Shown piece by piece: positions 20,360 to 30,339 of a stretch of DNA of 64,000 bases. How positions within the stretch are numbered: position 1 is the first letter of the stretch; each line of letters begins with the position of its first letter. Source of the DNA: an uncultured SAR86 cluster bacterium (lineage in GTDB: Bacteria; Pseudomonadota; Gammaproteobacteria; Magnimaribacterales; D2472); assembly GCA_902623685.1 (NCBI GenBank), contig CACNUQ010000002.1:101650-165649 (forward strand). The letters run 5' to 3'. The notes beneath the pieces are model-generated. The model did not search any database. It was not told the origin of the DNA and saw only the letters and a program-made list of their open reading frames with translations. Position numbers and translations under genes: made by a program.

Positions 20360-21607
20360 TCAACCAGCAGACGATGATTTTTTCTTAGAGGATTTATATA
20401 CCTTGATCGGATCACTTGAGTGTAAAACAGAATTTTCATCCACTATAACTTTTTCCAAGTCGATATTTGGTAACTCGAACATTGTATCCATCAAAAGATC
20501 TTCTAAGATTGATCTAAGCCCTCTTGCACCTGTTTTTCTTTGAAGAGCCTTTTTAGCTATCTCAATCAGGGCCTCTGTTCTAAAATCTAACTCAACATCA
20601 TCTATTTTAAATAAATGTTTATATTGATTCACTAGGGCATTTTTTGGCTCTTGAAGAATTCTTACTAATGCGTTCTCATCCAGTTCATGCAGAGTAGATA
20701 TTACAGGAAGTCTACCAACAAATTCCGGAATCAGACCAAACTTAACTAAGTCTTCAGGCTCTAATGTATCTACTATTGAAGCAAGGGAAGATTCAGTATC
20801 TTTGACTGATGCCCCAAAACCTATACCTGACTTATCAGTACGATGTTTTATTACCTCATCAATACCAGAAAATGCTCCACCACAAATAAATAGAATGTTT
20901 GAGGTATCTATTTGTATGAATTCTTGTTGGGGGTGCTTCCTACCGCCTTGTGGAGGGATAGAAGCAACTGTTCCCTCTATGAGTTTAAGCAATGCCTGCT
21001 GGACACCTTCGCCAGAAACATCTCTTGTAATGGAGGGGTTGTCAGATTTTCGTGCGATTTTATCAATTTCATCAATATATACTATTCCAAGAGATGCTTT
21101 CTCAGGGTCATAATCACATTTTTGAAGTAGCTTTTGAATAATATTTTCTACATCCTCGCCAACATATCCTGCTTCGGTTAAGGTAGTTGCGTCAGCTATT
21201 GTGAATGGAACATTTAATACTCTAGCTAAAGTTTGAGCTAAAAGAGTTTTACCACTTCCAGTTGGGCCAAGAAGCAAGACGTTACTTTTTTGTAACTCCA
21301 CTTCGTCTTTTTTTGAGTTAGACCTTAGGCGTTTATAATGATTGTAGACAGCAACTGAGAGAGTTTTCTTGGCTTTTTCTTGACCAATTACATAGTCATC
21401 GAGCTGTTGAAAAATTTCTATTGGAGATGGCAATACATCTAGGACTTCATCATCCTCAGCTTTAACTTCTTCTTCGATGATATCGTTACAAAGATCTACG
21501 CACTCATCACATATGTATACACTTGGTCCTGCGATTAACTTGCGAACATCTTCTTGGCCTTTGCCACAAAAGGTACAAGATAATTTGTTATTATCTTTAT
21601 TTTCCAT
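20360..21607 (-). CDS. clpX: ATP-dependent Clp protease ATP-binding subunit ClpX
   Basis: A zinc-ribbon (CTFCGK ... CDEC) is followed by Walker [10 protein letters not shown] chose the start MENKDNN at 21607, which overlaps the clpP 3' end by 11 nt; the track's extension runs further into clpP. Confidence 0.95.
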   Translation of the reverse strand: MENKDNNKLSCTFCGKGQEDVRKLIAGPSVYICDECVDLCNDIIEEEVKAEDDEVLDVLPSPIEIFQQLDDYVIGQEKAKKTLSVAVYNHYKRLRSNSKKDEVELQKSNVLLLGPTGSGKTLLAQTLARVLNVPFTIADATTLTEAGYVGEDVENIIQKLLQKCDYDPEKASLGIVYIDEIDKIARKSDNPSITRDVSGEGVQQALLKLIEGTVASIPPQGGRKHPQQEFIQIDTSNILFICGGAFSGIDEVIKHRTDKSGIGFGASVKDTESSLASIVDTLEPEDLVKFGLIPEFVGRLPVISTLHELDENALVRILQEPKNALVNQYKHLFKIDDVELDFRTEALIEIAKKALQRKTGARGLRSILEDLLMDTMFELPNIDLEKVIVDENSVLHSSDPIKVYKSSKKKSSSAG

Positions 21608-22211
21608 TTTTACTAGGTCTAGTTTCAAGTATTTCATCAATTATGCCATAGCTCTTAGCTTCTTTAGCATTCAAGAAATTGTCTCTGTCAGTGTCTTGCT
21701 CAACTTTTTTTAAAGTTTTGCCCGTATGTTTGGAGAGTATCTCATTTACTTTCTTTTTTACTAAAATCATCTCTTTTGCATGAATTTCAAAGTCAGATGC
21801 TTGTCCTTGAAATCCTCCCAAAGGCTGATGGATCATAATTCGTGAATTAGTTAATGCAAATCTTTTTCCCTTTTGGCCACCTGCTAACAACAATGATCCC
21901 ATGCTGGCAGCCTGACCTATACAAAGAGTTGATACTTCAGGAGCTATAAACTGCATGGTGTCATAAATTGCAAGACCTGATGAAATAACTCCACCAGGAG
22001 AATTAATGTAAATGCTGATATCTTTTTCTGGGTTTTCTGACTCTAAAAATAGAAGCTGAGCTACCACTAAATTTGATATGTAGTCATCTATAGGACCTGA
22101 TAAAAAAATAATTCTTTCTTTTAATAGACGAGAGTAAATATCAAATGCCCTTTCTCCTCTAGGCGTCTGTTCTACAACCATAGGCACAAGGCCTGAATTT
22201 ATTTTTTCCAT
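21597..22211 (-). CDS. clpP: ATP-dependent Clp protease proteolytic subunit ClpP
   Basis: ERIIFL, the catalytic Ser in GQAASMGS, and the His in IMIHQP are all present. Confidence 0.95.
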   Translation of the reverse strand: MEKINSGLVPMVVEQTPRGERAFDIYSRLLKERIIFLSGPIDDYISNLVVAQLLFLESENPEKDISIYINSPGGVISSGLAIYDTMQFIAPEVSTLCIGQAASMGSLLLAGGQKGKRFALTNSRIMIHQPLGGFQGQASDFEIHAKEMILVKKKVNEILSKHTGKTLKKVEQDTDRDNFLNAKEAKSYGIIDEILETRPSKNGK

Positions 22212-22214
22212 AAT

Positions 22215-23516
22215 TTATTTATTAGCCAGATCAGAAAATTTTATCACCTTTTGCTTAGATTTAAGGGCAGAATCTAATTTTTCAATGAGCAAATCTTCTA
22301 ATATAACCATCTTATATTGATTCAGTTGCTCGGGTTGAGTTTTTATCCATGTCTTAAACTGTTCTATATCTTTGTATTTTTGCGATTCATCTTCAATAAA
22401 TTTATTTAAATCTTCTTCTTTAACCTCAAGTTCATATTTTTGAATTAAAGCTGAAAAAAGAAGGTCTAATCGAACCCTTTTTTCTGCGTTTTCTAGAAAA
22501 TCCTTAACTGGAAAAAAGTCATCAGCTGCATTTTCAACCGTTTGCCCCATCCTCATCAGTGAGTCCTTTCTCATAAGTTCGGCCTGCTCTTTCACAGTTG
22601 CTTTGGGCACCTTAAAATCATTACTTAATAGTAGTGTTTCGTAAATTGATTCTTTTGTAAGTGACTTTTCTTGTTGCGCTATTTCTCCTTCCATTCGCTT
22701 GTTAATTTCTGATCGAAAGCTCTGTTCATCTTTAACATCTTCCATAGCAAGTTTCTTAAATAACTCTTCATCAATTTTTGCTTTCAACATTTCCTGCACT
22801 TCGTGAAGATTAATAGAAAATTCACTTTCCTTACCGGATAAATCTTCTTTAAAGTAATCATCTGGAAATTTAGTTGTAAATGAAAAGCTATCTCCAGATT
22901 TTTTACCAATCAAATTTTCCTCAAATCCTGGAATCATCGATTTAGATCCAATGGTTAATTTAAAATCTTTTGATTCATTGCCTTCAAAACCCTCGCCATC
23001 AATCTTTCCTTCAAAATCAATAATAACTTGATCCTTTTCTTGGGCAGCTCTATCAACTTTCTTCCAAGTACAATACCTTTCTAAGATATCATTAATAGCA
23101 AAATCTACATCCGATTCATCGAGAGAAATTTTAGATTTTTCAAAACTCTTCCAACGAGAAATTTTTGGCTTAATTTCTGGAAAAACTTCAAATACAGCCG
23201 AATATGAAATAGGCTTAGTTGGGTCTTCACTTTCAATACTTATTGAAGGAGATGATGCTGGCTTAATATTATTTTCCTGAAGTTCCTTGGGATAGCTTTC
23301 TTGAATTAATTCATTTAAAACCTCGTAATGGATGGAATCCCCATAACGTTGCTTTAAAACATCATCAGGAACGTTTCCTTTTCTGAAACCATCCAGTTTC
23401 GCAGTAGTTTTAATCTTTGAAAGCTTACCACTATATTTTTTTTCATAATCAACAACTGGGACTGAAACAGTTAGCTTTCGTTCTAAATCTTTAAGTTTTT
23501 TAAGTTTACTAGTCAT
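22215..23516 (-). CDS. tig: Trigger factor
   Basis: The 433-aa protein has the GFRKGNVP ribosome-binding signature and lies upstream of clpPX. Confidence 0.9.
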   Translation of the reverse strand: MTSKLKKLKDLERKLTVSVPVVDYEKKYSGKLSKIKTTAKLDGFRKGNVPDDVLKQRYGDSIHYEVLNELIQESYPKELQENNIKPASSPSISIESEDPTKPISYSAVFEVFPEIKPKISRWKSFEKSKISLDESDVDFAINDILERYCTWKKVDRAAQEKDQVIIDFEGKIDGEGFEGNESKDFKLTIGSKSMIPGFEENLIGKKSGDSFSFTTKFPDDYFKEDLSGKESEFSINLHEVQEMLKAKIDEELFKKLAMEDVKDEQSFRSEINKRMEGEIAQQEKSLTKESIYETLLLSNDFKVPKATVKEQAELMRKDSLMRMGQTVENAADDFFPVKDFLENAEKRVRLDLLFSALIQKYELEVKEEDLNKFIEDESQKYKDIEQFKTWIKTQPEQLNQYKMVILEDLLIEKLDSALKSKQKVIKFSDLANK

Positions 23517-23535
23517 TTTATTTATCTATTATAAA

Positions 23536-23613
23536 TGGGGCGAGCGATGGGGTTCGAACCCACGGCCTCCGGAGCCACAATCCAGCGCTCTAACCAACTG
23601 AGCTACGCCCGCC
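23536..23613 (-). tRNA. tRNA-His (GUG) with encoded G-1 and CCA
   Basis: I folded the cloverleaf by hand. The anticodon loop is UUGUGGC, an extra 5' G pairs with discriminator C73, and the T-loop is GGTTCGAAC. Confidence 0.9.
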
Positions 23614-23671
23614 AAGAAACGGAACATTATAGATGTAAAAAGCGCATAATAATATTTTGATTAAAAGAAAT

Positions 23672-24310
23672 CTATGGAAACAATGACCCATTGGGATTTT
23701 GAGGATCCCACAAATCATACTTTTTCATGGCATGGATAAATAAATCAGATGCTTCAAAAAAATCTAGAAGAGCAATTACTTTTTTAAAATTTTGTTCAAA
23801 AAACCATTGAGGATTTGCAATTTTGCATTGACGAATAAATGGTAAGATTGAGATATCCAGCAAACTTACTTTCTCACCAAAAATCCATGGAGAAGGATCA
23901 ATTTTTGATTCTAGATTTTCAAGAATATTTTTACATTCCTGTTGATGCTCAGAAAAATTAGCATCATATCTTGATGCATATTTATACCTATCTAAATGAT
24001 ATTTAAACTTTGAATCAAATAGTTGAATCAAACTATCATTCATTAATTTCTCCTTAGTAGAAAAAATATGGACACTGTCAGGGTGCGATTGCATAGCCCA
24101 AGATATTATGTCTAAACTTTCATCTAAAACTTCATTTGTAAGTTCTAATATTGGAACAGTGCCCTTTGCAGAAATCTGTAACATCTCCTGAGGTTTATTT
24201 TTAAGAACAATTTCTCTTAGCTCACATTTTTTTGAGGATAAAATAATTGCCATACGCGCTCTCATGGCGTAAGGACATCTTCTGAAACTATAGAGTATTG
24301 GCAAATTCAT
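23672..24310 (-). CDS. Glutathione S-transferase-like protein
   Basis: ILYSFRRCPYAMRARMA is a thioredoxin-fold GST N-terminal motif, in a 212-aa protein. Confidence 0.6.
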   Translation of the reverse strand: MNLPILYSFRRCPYAMRARMAIILSSKKCELREIVLKNKPQEMLQISAKGTVPILELTNEVLDESLDIISWAMQSHPDSVHIFSTKEKLMNDSLIQLFDSKFKYHLDRYKYASRYDANFSEHQQECKNILENLESKIDPSPWIFGEKVSLLDISILPFIRQCKIANPQWFFEQNFKKVIALLDFFEASDLFIHAMKKYDLWDPQNPNGSLFP

Positions 24311-25248
24311 TTTTTGTTTGATTTAAAATTTGCACCAATGTGTTTCTCGTTTCTTAACTTTGCTAAATCAACCTGTTTTTGCCTGTCAGCATATCGTTTT
24401 TTTTGATCAGGAGTTTTCTTCTCAAAACAATTTGGGCAACTAACTCCTCTTTTGTAATGTTCTGAATCTTTATCAAAATTAGTTATTGGCATTCTACAAC
24501 CATGACACATGTCGTAAGAGCCAACTTGTAGTTTGTGATTTAAAGCTACTCTATCGTCAAACACAAAACATTCTCCATTCCATAAAGAGTCCTCTTCGTT
24601 AATTTTTTCTAGATAGTTTAAAATTCCACCCTGCAAATGATATATGTTTTTAAAACCCCTTGATTTCATTAACGAAGATGCTTTTTCGCATCTAATTCCA
24701 CCTGTGCAAAACATTGCAACTTTTTTATTCTTATCTATGCCTAATGATTCAAGTTCTTCAAGCCATTTAGGAAATTCTCTAAAATTTGTAGTTTCTGGTT
24801 GAATAGAATTTTTAAATGAGCCAATTGAGTATTCATATGTATTTCTGGTATCTAAAACCATGATTTCTTCACCAGAAATTAAGTGATTCCAATCCTCAGG
24901 CTGAATATATTCACCAACAACTTTTTTTGGGTCAACTAATTTATTTCCTATAGTAACAATTTCATCCTTTAATTTTATTTTTAAACGGGGAAATGGATCG
25001 TGTTTACATTTAGATGTTTTATAGTTTTTAGCTTCATATAAATTTTTAGATTTAAGAAAATTCTTAAATTCATCAATACTCAATTCATGTCCCGCTAAAG
25101 TTCCATTTATTCCCTCAGAAGCAAGCAGCACTGTCCCTTTAATATCTCTTTTCTTTAGGAATTCAGTAATAACCTCTTGCAATTGCGTAAGATTTGATAA
25201 ATTTGTAAAGGAATAAAAAGCTGCAACTTTAAAAGGAGTTGTGTTCAT
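24307..25248 (-). CDS. trhO: Rhodanese-domain tRNA uridine(34) hydroxylase TrhO (YceA/UPF0176)
   Basis: An N-terminal UPF0176 domain is followed by the rhodanese active-site loop FCTGGIRCEK and a C-terminal Cys-rich tail. Confidence 0.8.
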   Translation of the reverse strand: MNTTPFKVAAFYSFTNLSNLTQLQEVITEFLKKRDIKGTVLLASEGINGTLAGHELSIDEFKNFLKSKNLYEAKNYKTSKCKHDPFPRLKIKLKDEIVTIGNKLVDPKKVVGEYIQPEDWNHLISGEEIMVLDTRNTYEYSIGSFKNSIQPETTNFREFPKWLEELESLGIDKNKKVAMFCTGGIRCEKASSLMKSRGFKNIYHLQGGILNYLEKINEEDSLWNGECFVFDDRVALNHKLQVGSYDMCHGCRMPITNFDKDSEHYKRGVSCPNCFEKKTPDQKKRYADRQKQVDLAKLRNEKHIGANFKSNKK

Positions 25249-25408
25249 TGGACTAGTTGAATATTCATTAAGTTTTTATAATCTTTTGATAAATGAAAAA
25301 GAAAACAAAAAATAAAATTTACACTCTTATTATAACGCTATTCGTATTTTACTATATGTTTGGGCAATACTTTTAACCAAGATCTAGATAAGAAATAAGT
25401 AATTTAAA

Positions 25409-25485
25409 TGGCGCGCCTGAAGAGATTCGAACTCCTGACCCACGGTTTAGAAAACCGTTGCTCTATCCAGCTGAGCTACAGGCGC
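25409..25485 (-). tRNA. tRNA-Arg (UCU)
   Basis: The hand-folded cloverleaf is 77 nt with anticodon loop UUUCUAA and an encoded CCA. Confidence 0.9.
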
Positions 25486-25487
25486 AT

Positions 25488-25564
25488 TGGTCGGGGTAGT
25501 AAGATTTGAACTTACGACCACTCGCTCCCAAAGCGAGTGCGCTACCAGACTGCGCCATACCCCG
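25488..25564 (-). tRNA. tRNA-Pro (UGG)
   Basis: The hand-folded cloverleaf is 77 nt with a 5' CGGGGTA acceptor arm, anticodon loop UUUGGGA and an encoded CCA. It lies 2 nt from tRNA-Arg. Confidence 0.9.
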
Positions 25565-25639
25565 AGACGAATGATCTTAAAGTTTTAAGGTTAAATAATC
25601 AATGTCCATTGCATAAAAATTTAATGATGAGAAAATGTT

Positions 25640-26482
25640 TTGATGGTATCAAAGATATTAGATGGAAAAGCACTTGCAAAATTAGCTGAAGAAGACATTC
25701 AAACTAACGTCTCAAGACTTAAGGAAAAAGGCATCACTCCAACTTTGGCAACAATACTTGTTGGTTTAGATCCAGCCTCAGCAACCTATGTAAAAATGAA
25801 GCAAAATGCCTGTGCTAGATTAGGCATGGATTCAATTGCAGTTGAACTGAGCAAAGATACAACTACAGATGAATTACTAAATTCTATCAATAAGCTTAAC
25901 AATGACAAAAATGTTCATGGAATCTTGTTGCAGCATCCGGTGCCTTCACAAATAAATGAGCGTAAATGCTTTGATGCAATAAATGTTCATAAAGATGTTG
26001 ACGGTGTTACATGCCTTGGTTTTGGGCAAATGACCATGGGAGAGAAAGCATTTGGCTCATGTACTCCAGCTGGAATCATGAGAATTCTTAAGCATTATCA
26101 AGTGGAAATTTCTGGTAAAACTGCTGTTGTAGTTGGCAGAAGTCCAATTCTTGGAAAACCCATGGCTATGATGCTCCTAAATGAAAATGCAACCGTAACT
26201 ATCTGTCATTCGAGAACTAAAAATCTAGAGGAACAAATTAAAAATGCTGATATTGTTATTGGCGCTGTTGGGGTGCCCCGCCTTATTCAAAAAGACTGGA
26301 TCAAAGAAGGTGCAGTTGTTATTGATGCAGGATATCACCCGGCAGAAAAATGCGGAGACATAGATTTGGAAGGTATTGATAACATTGCTTCTGCACATAC
26401 TCCGGTTCCAGGAGGTGTTGGTCCGATGACAATAAATACTCTCATTCTAAATACCCTATTGGCTGCACAACAAGAAAACTAA
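25640..26482 (+). CDS. folD: Bifunctional methylene-THF dehydrogenase / methenyl-THF cyclohydrolase
   Basis: [41 protein letters not shown] and [10 protein letters not shown] are all present. The start may be the ATG at 25643. Confidence 0.9.
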   Translation: MMVSKILDGKALAKLAEEDIQTNVSRLKEKGITPTLATILVGLDPASATYVKMKQNACARLGMDSIAVELSKDTTTDELLNSINKLNNDKNVHGILLQHPVPSQINERKCFDAINVHKDVDGVTCLGFGQMTMGEKAFGSCTPAGIMRILKHYQVEISGKTAVVVGRSPILGKPMAMMLLNENATVTICHSRTKNLEEQIKNADIVIGAVGVPRLIQKDWIKEGAVVIDAGYHPAEKCGDIDLEGIDNIASAHTPVPGGVGPMTINTLILNTLLAAQQEN

Positions 26483-26483
26483 T

Positions 26484-28166
26484 ATGTCTGACCTTCCATT
26501 AATAGTTGGGTATGGTGGAATTAATGCAGGTGGTAGATCAATCTTTGATTTTTCACATCAGAGAATGGTATTCGATGATATTGATTTAAATCAACAAAAA
26601 GAAGTTCTGCTGAGCCTCGGTTACCTCATGGGAACCAAGGATAAAGACACAATTTTAAATAAAAGTCTTTTAAGGGCTATAGACAGTGATTTTTTCAATG
26701 TACATAACTTTAGATCTCCAGAATTACCGACATTAGCTGGAGGCCAGCTTCCTTCAGGATTTAATCCTGCATCAACTTATAATTCAAGACAACATCCCCG
26801 AGGTTTGTCAATGACAATTTTTGGTTTGTCTGATGCTGTGAAAAGTCTTGGTTTACCATGGGAGGAAATCTTAAAAAAAATTCCTAGACAAAAAATTTCT
26901 TGTGTTTCAGGTTGTGCTGTTGCACAAGCTGATAAATTTGGGATGGGTGGAATGTTTCAGGCTCCCTTGGCTAAATCAAGAGTTACTAGCAAGCATATGG
27001 CGATGTCCCTTGGTGAGGGAAGCGCAGACTTTGGTCATTCATATGTCTTGGGGAGTATGGGCTCAACAGGGAACTACACAGGTGCATGTGCTACTTTTCA
27101 ATATAATTTAAAACTAGGCATCTCAATGATTCAATCTGGTGAATCGTTAATTAGTTTTGTTGGGGCTGCAGAATCAGGGATTGTTCCTGAAATTTATGAA
27201 GCATTTGCTGCAACACGAGGTCTCGCTGAAGATAAAAATCTTGTTAAGCTTCAAGAAAAATTAGGTGAAGATCCTAAAATACCAAATCATCGAAAAATTT
27301 GTAGACCCTTTGGTGAAAATATTGGAATGATATTGGGAGAATCTGCTCAATTCGTAGTTTTGATGCAAGATGCTCTTGCACTTGAGCTAGGTTTAAATAT
27401 TCATGGTGCTGCACTATCAAGCCATATTCACTCAGATGGTTATAAAAAATCTATTTCTGGTCCAGGAGCTGGTAATTATTTGACTGTTGGCAAAACGTTT
27501 AACGAAATAAAAAAACATTTTTCTTCAAAAGGTTTAAATAAAACTTTTTTTCATGCTCATGGAACTAGCACGCCTCAAAACAGAGAAAGTGAATCCCACA
27601 TAATTTCAAGTATCTCTAAGGCCTTCGGAATTGAGGCATTGCCTGTGACCGCAATTAAATCTTATTTGGGTCACTCATTGGCGGCAGCAGGAGGTGATCA
27701 AATGATAAGTACTTTAGGAAGCTGGAAAAATAATATAATCCCTGGGATCACATCCACACCACAACTCGCAGAAAATGTTCATAAAGAAAATGTGCGATTT
27801 CTATTAGAAAATAAAAGAATTGAGGATGATGAGTTTGATTTTGCTGTTCTTAATGCAAAGGGTTTTGGTGGCAATAACGGAACTTCTCTTGTTGCCTCTC
27901 CCTCTAAGACTATGAAAATGCTTGAGTCTAAATATTCAAAAAGTGAGATTCAAAAATATCTTTCAAAGAAGACCAAAATTGACGATCAGCTCAACGATAG
28001 CAAACAGGAAATCCTTAAAGGTGATAAACAATCTAGATATATCTTTGGAGAGAGTGTAATTGATGGTATGAATGATTTTGATATTGAGGCAGATAAAATC
28101 ACGAATAAATTAAATAAAGAAATATTTGATTTAAACTCAACTTTGCCTTACAAAGATTACTTGTAA
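26484..28166 (+). CDS. fabY: FabY-class beta-ketoacyl synthase (long KAS I/II-domain condensing enzyme)
   Basis: The thiolase-fold catalytic residues are TGACATF (Cys), HAHGTSTP (His) and KSYLGHSLA (His), with NAKGFGGNN. Blocks I recall from Pseudomonas FabY (PA5174) are present: LPLIVGYGGINAGGRS, QLPSGFNP..YNSRQHPRGL, RPFGEN, DGYKKSISGPGAGNYLTV. At 560 aa it is about 150 aa longer than FabB/FabF. Confidence 0.65.
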   Translation: MSDLPLIVGYGGINAGGRSIFDFSHQRMVFDDIDLNQQKEVLLSLGYLMGTKDKDTILNKSLLRAIDSDFFNVHNFRSPELPTLAGGQLPSGFNPASTYNSRQHPRGLSMTIFGLSDAVKSLGLPWEEILKKIPRQKISCVSGCAVAQADKFGMGGMFQAPLAKSRVTSKHMAMSLGEGSADFGHSYVLGSMGSTGNYTGACATFQYNLKLGISMIQSGESLISFVGAAESGIVPEIYEAFAATRGLAEDKNLVKLQEKLGEDPKIPNHRKICRPFGENIGMILGESAQFVVLMQDALALELGLNIHGAALSSHIHSDGYKKSISGPGAGNYLTVGKTFNEIKKHFSSKGLNKTFFHAHGTSTPQNRESESHIISSISKAFGIEALPVTAIKSYLGHSLAAAGGDQMISTLGSWKNNIIPGITSTPQLAENVHKENVRFLLENKRIEDDEFDFAVLNAKGFGGNNGTSLVASPSKTMKMLESKYSKSEIQKYLSKKTKIDDQLNDSKQEILKGDKQSRYIFGESVIDGMNDFDIEADKITNKLNKEIFDLNSTLPYKDYL

Positions 28167-28275
28167 GGTTAAAATAGTATTAAAAAATCATCGGCAGAAT
28201 TAAAAAAATATATAAACTAAAATCTAAAATATCTTAATTAATAATATTTTCCGCGTAAGGAAGGAGAAAAATTAT

Positions 28276-28947
28276 ATGGCGTTTGATAAAACAAAAACGG
28301 ATCCTGTTCTAGGGAAAAAAGTACACGAATATTTAATGTCAGTTGGTGTCGAGACTCCAGTAATTGATAATGGCCTATCACGTAAAGAAAAAATTGATGC
28401 GATCGAGAACAATTTTAAAGAGATAGTTACAACATTGGGACTTGATCTAGAGGATGATAGTCTCACAGATACACCAAAGCGTGTTGCAAAAATGTATGTT
28501 AATGAGATTTTTTGGGGCCTTGATTACGCAGCTTTTCCAAAAGTAACAGTAGTAGATAACAAAATGAAATATAATGAAATGGTCGTAGAAAGAGGCATTT
28601 CTGTTCAATCTTATTGTGAGCATCATCTTGTTAACATTGATGGGCTGGCAACAGTTGGATATATTCCAAACAATAAGGTGCTAGGATTGTCAAAGATGAA
28701 TCGTGTTGTTGAATATTTTTCTAGAAGGCCACAAATACAAGAACGCCTGACCGAGCAAATATATCACGCACTTTCTTTTATCTTAGAAACAGAAAATGTT
28801 GCACTTACAATTGATGCAAAACATTTCTGTGTAAAGTCTAGAGGTGTTGAAGATACTGAGTGCTCAACAGTTACAAGTAGATTAGGCGGAAATTTTAAAG
28901 AGCACCCTGAAGTCAGAGCTGAATTTTTAGCTTTACTTAAGATGTAG
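28276..28947 (+). CDS. folE: GTP cyclohydrolase I
   Basis: SYCEHHL carries the zinc ligands, and RRPQIQERLTEQI and the 223-aa length fit FolE. Confidence 0.9.
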   Translation: MAFDKTKTDPVLGKKVHEYLMSVGVETPVIDNGLSRKEKIDAIENNFKEIVTTLGLDLEDDSLTDTPKRVAKMYVNEIFWGLDYAAFPKVTVVDNKMKYNEMVVERGISVQSYCEHHLVNIDGLATVGYIPNNKVLGLSKMNRVVEYFSRRPQIQERLTEQIYHALSFILETENVALTIDAKHFCVKSRGVEDTECSTVTSRLGGNFKEHPEVRAEFLALLKM

Positions 28948-29308
28948 TTTGTTCTGGTTGGTCATCGCCTAATTCAAGCTCCTCTGACTCTCCATCAACA
29001 ACTTCTGTATGTTCGCCATCCTCATTTGAATCTGATACTTCATACTTATCGCTAAAGGGCCAAGGTTTAGAATCTGTATTAAAACTTAAGAAATTTAATG
29101 CGTCATTAAAAAAGCCTTGAAGCCAGTTATTTGCAGATTGCAATTGATTATTTGTTTTTGAAGTAAACAAGTAAAAAATAAACTGAACTGCAACAAGAAT
29201 AATTAGAATACTGACGACAAAATTTATAGCCGCACCGTATATAACCATAAAAAAAAGCCTTTGCCATTTTTTAATATCTAATAATTCGTCTTTATTAATT
29301 TCACTCAT
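28937..29308 (-). CDS. Small membrane protein with an acidic C-terminal tail (possibly DUF4389-like)
   Basis: Two hydrophobic segments are followed by a D/E-rich tail. It is translationally coupled to gpsA. I recognise no catalytic motif. Confidence 0.4.
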   Translation of the reverse strand: MSEINKDELLDIKKWQRLFFMVIYGAAINFVVSILIILVAVQFIFYLFTSKTNNQLQSANNWLQGFFNDALNFLSFNTDSKPWPFSDKYEVSDSNEDGEHTEVVDGESEELELGDDQPEQTTS

Positions 29309-30339
29309 AATTTATCCTGATATGTAAATTCTACATCAACTTCATTAGGCTGTTCGAGTAAATCTTGAATTAATTCATCAGATGAAGCATTTGCATACAG
29401 AATTTTATATAGAGAATTAACTAGTGGCATGCTAACGTTCATTTTATTTGCTTCATGATAAACAACCTCAAGAGTACGAGCTCCTTCTGCAACTTGTCCA
29501 ACTTTATTTTTTGCATCTGTAAATGAATAATCTTGAGCAAGCAATTCACCTAACTGAAAATTTCTTGAAAGCTTAGAGGTGCATGTTGCCATCAAGTCTC
29601 CCATCCCTGCTAAACCTAAAAAAGTAATTGGATTAGCTCCTTTTGCAACAGCAAATCTACTCATTTCCGCCATGCTCCTTGTAATAATTAACCCTAGGGC
29701 ATTTTCACCTACAGATTTTTCATGGGCAATTCCACAGCAAATTGCATAAATATTTTTGAGGGCTCCTGCTAATTCAACCCCTTGAAGATCTTGGCTTGAA
29801 AAAACCTTAAATGTATCAGATGACAACATAGTTTTTATTTCAAAGTTCACTTCGTCAAATTCTGAAGCAATTACAGTACCAGCAACCTTGTTTTCAGCAA
29901 TTTCTTTGGCAAGATTTGGACCACTAAGTGCACCAATTTTTTTGCCAATTGAATGGCCTATATGTTGATTGATAATATCTGTCATAGTCCGAAAAGGATC
30001 AGATTTAACGCCCTTAGTACACGAAATTACTGCAACAGAAGAGCTAATTAACGGCTCCAAGCGAGAAATTACTTCCTCAAATATATTGCTGGGTGTTGCA
30101 ACTAAAATATAGTCAGAATTTTTAACTGCAGAAGTCAAATCCTCAGATGCAGTTATGTTTTCAGATAACTTTAATTCTGGATGATAGGTTGAATTAGCAC
30201 CTTCTGAATTGATTCTTAAAGCTTGTTCAGCATCACGCACCCATAAACAAACTTCATAGCCATTAGAAGCTGCAATATTAGCTAAAATTGTTCCAAAGCT
30301 TCCTCCACCGAGAACTGAAACACGTTTATTGGTTGACAT
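29305..30339 (-). CDS. gpsA: NAD(P)H-dependent glycerol-3-phosphate dehydrogenase
   Basis: VSVLGGGSFGT is the Rossmann motif, with LSGPNLAKE and GALKNIYAI. Confidence 0.9.
   Translation of the reverse strand: MSTNKRVSVLGGGSFGTILANIAASNGYEVCLWVRDAEQALRINSEGANSTYHPELKLSENITASEDLTSAVKNSDYILVATPSNIFEEVISRLEPLISSSVAVISCTKGVKSDPFRTMTDIINQHIGHSIGKKIGALSGPNLAKEIAENKVAGTVIASEFDEVNFEIKTMLSSDTFKVFSSQDLQGVELAGALKNIYAICCGIAHEKSVGENALGLIITRSMAEMSRFAVAKGANPITFLGLAGMGDLMATCTSKLSRNFQLGELLAQDYSFTDAKNKVGQVAEGARTLEVVYHEANKMNVSMPLVNSLYKILYANASSDELIQDLLEQPNEVDVEFTYQDKL

Noticed and set aside
18075-21713. Track ORFs antisense to or out of frame within lon and clpX (18075-18338, 18453-18737, 20802-21113, 20912-21130, 21477-21713)
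   Set aside because: They fall entirely inside highly conserved genes whose own frames carry all the expected motifs. The shadow translations have no start context or family resemblance.
23536-23613. Extra 5' G on tRNA-His
   Set aside because: A genome-encoded G-1 paired with C73 is the normal bacterial tRNA-His identity element, not an anomaly.
28167-28275. Possible riboswitch upstream of folE
   Set aside because: The region is 109 nt of AT-rich sequence with no conserved-looking stems or known folate or preQ1 riboswitch motifs that I can recognise.
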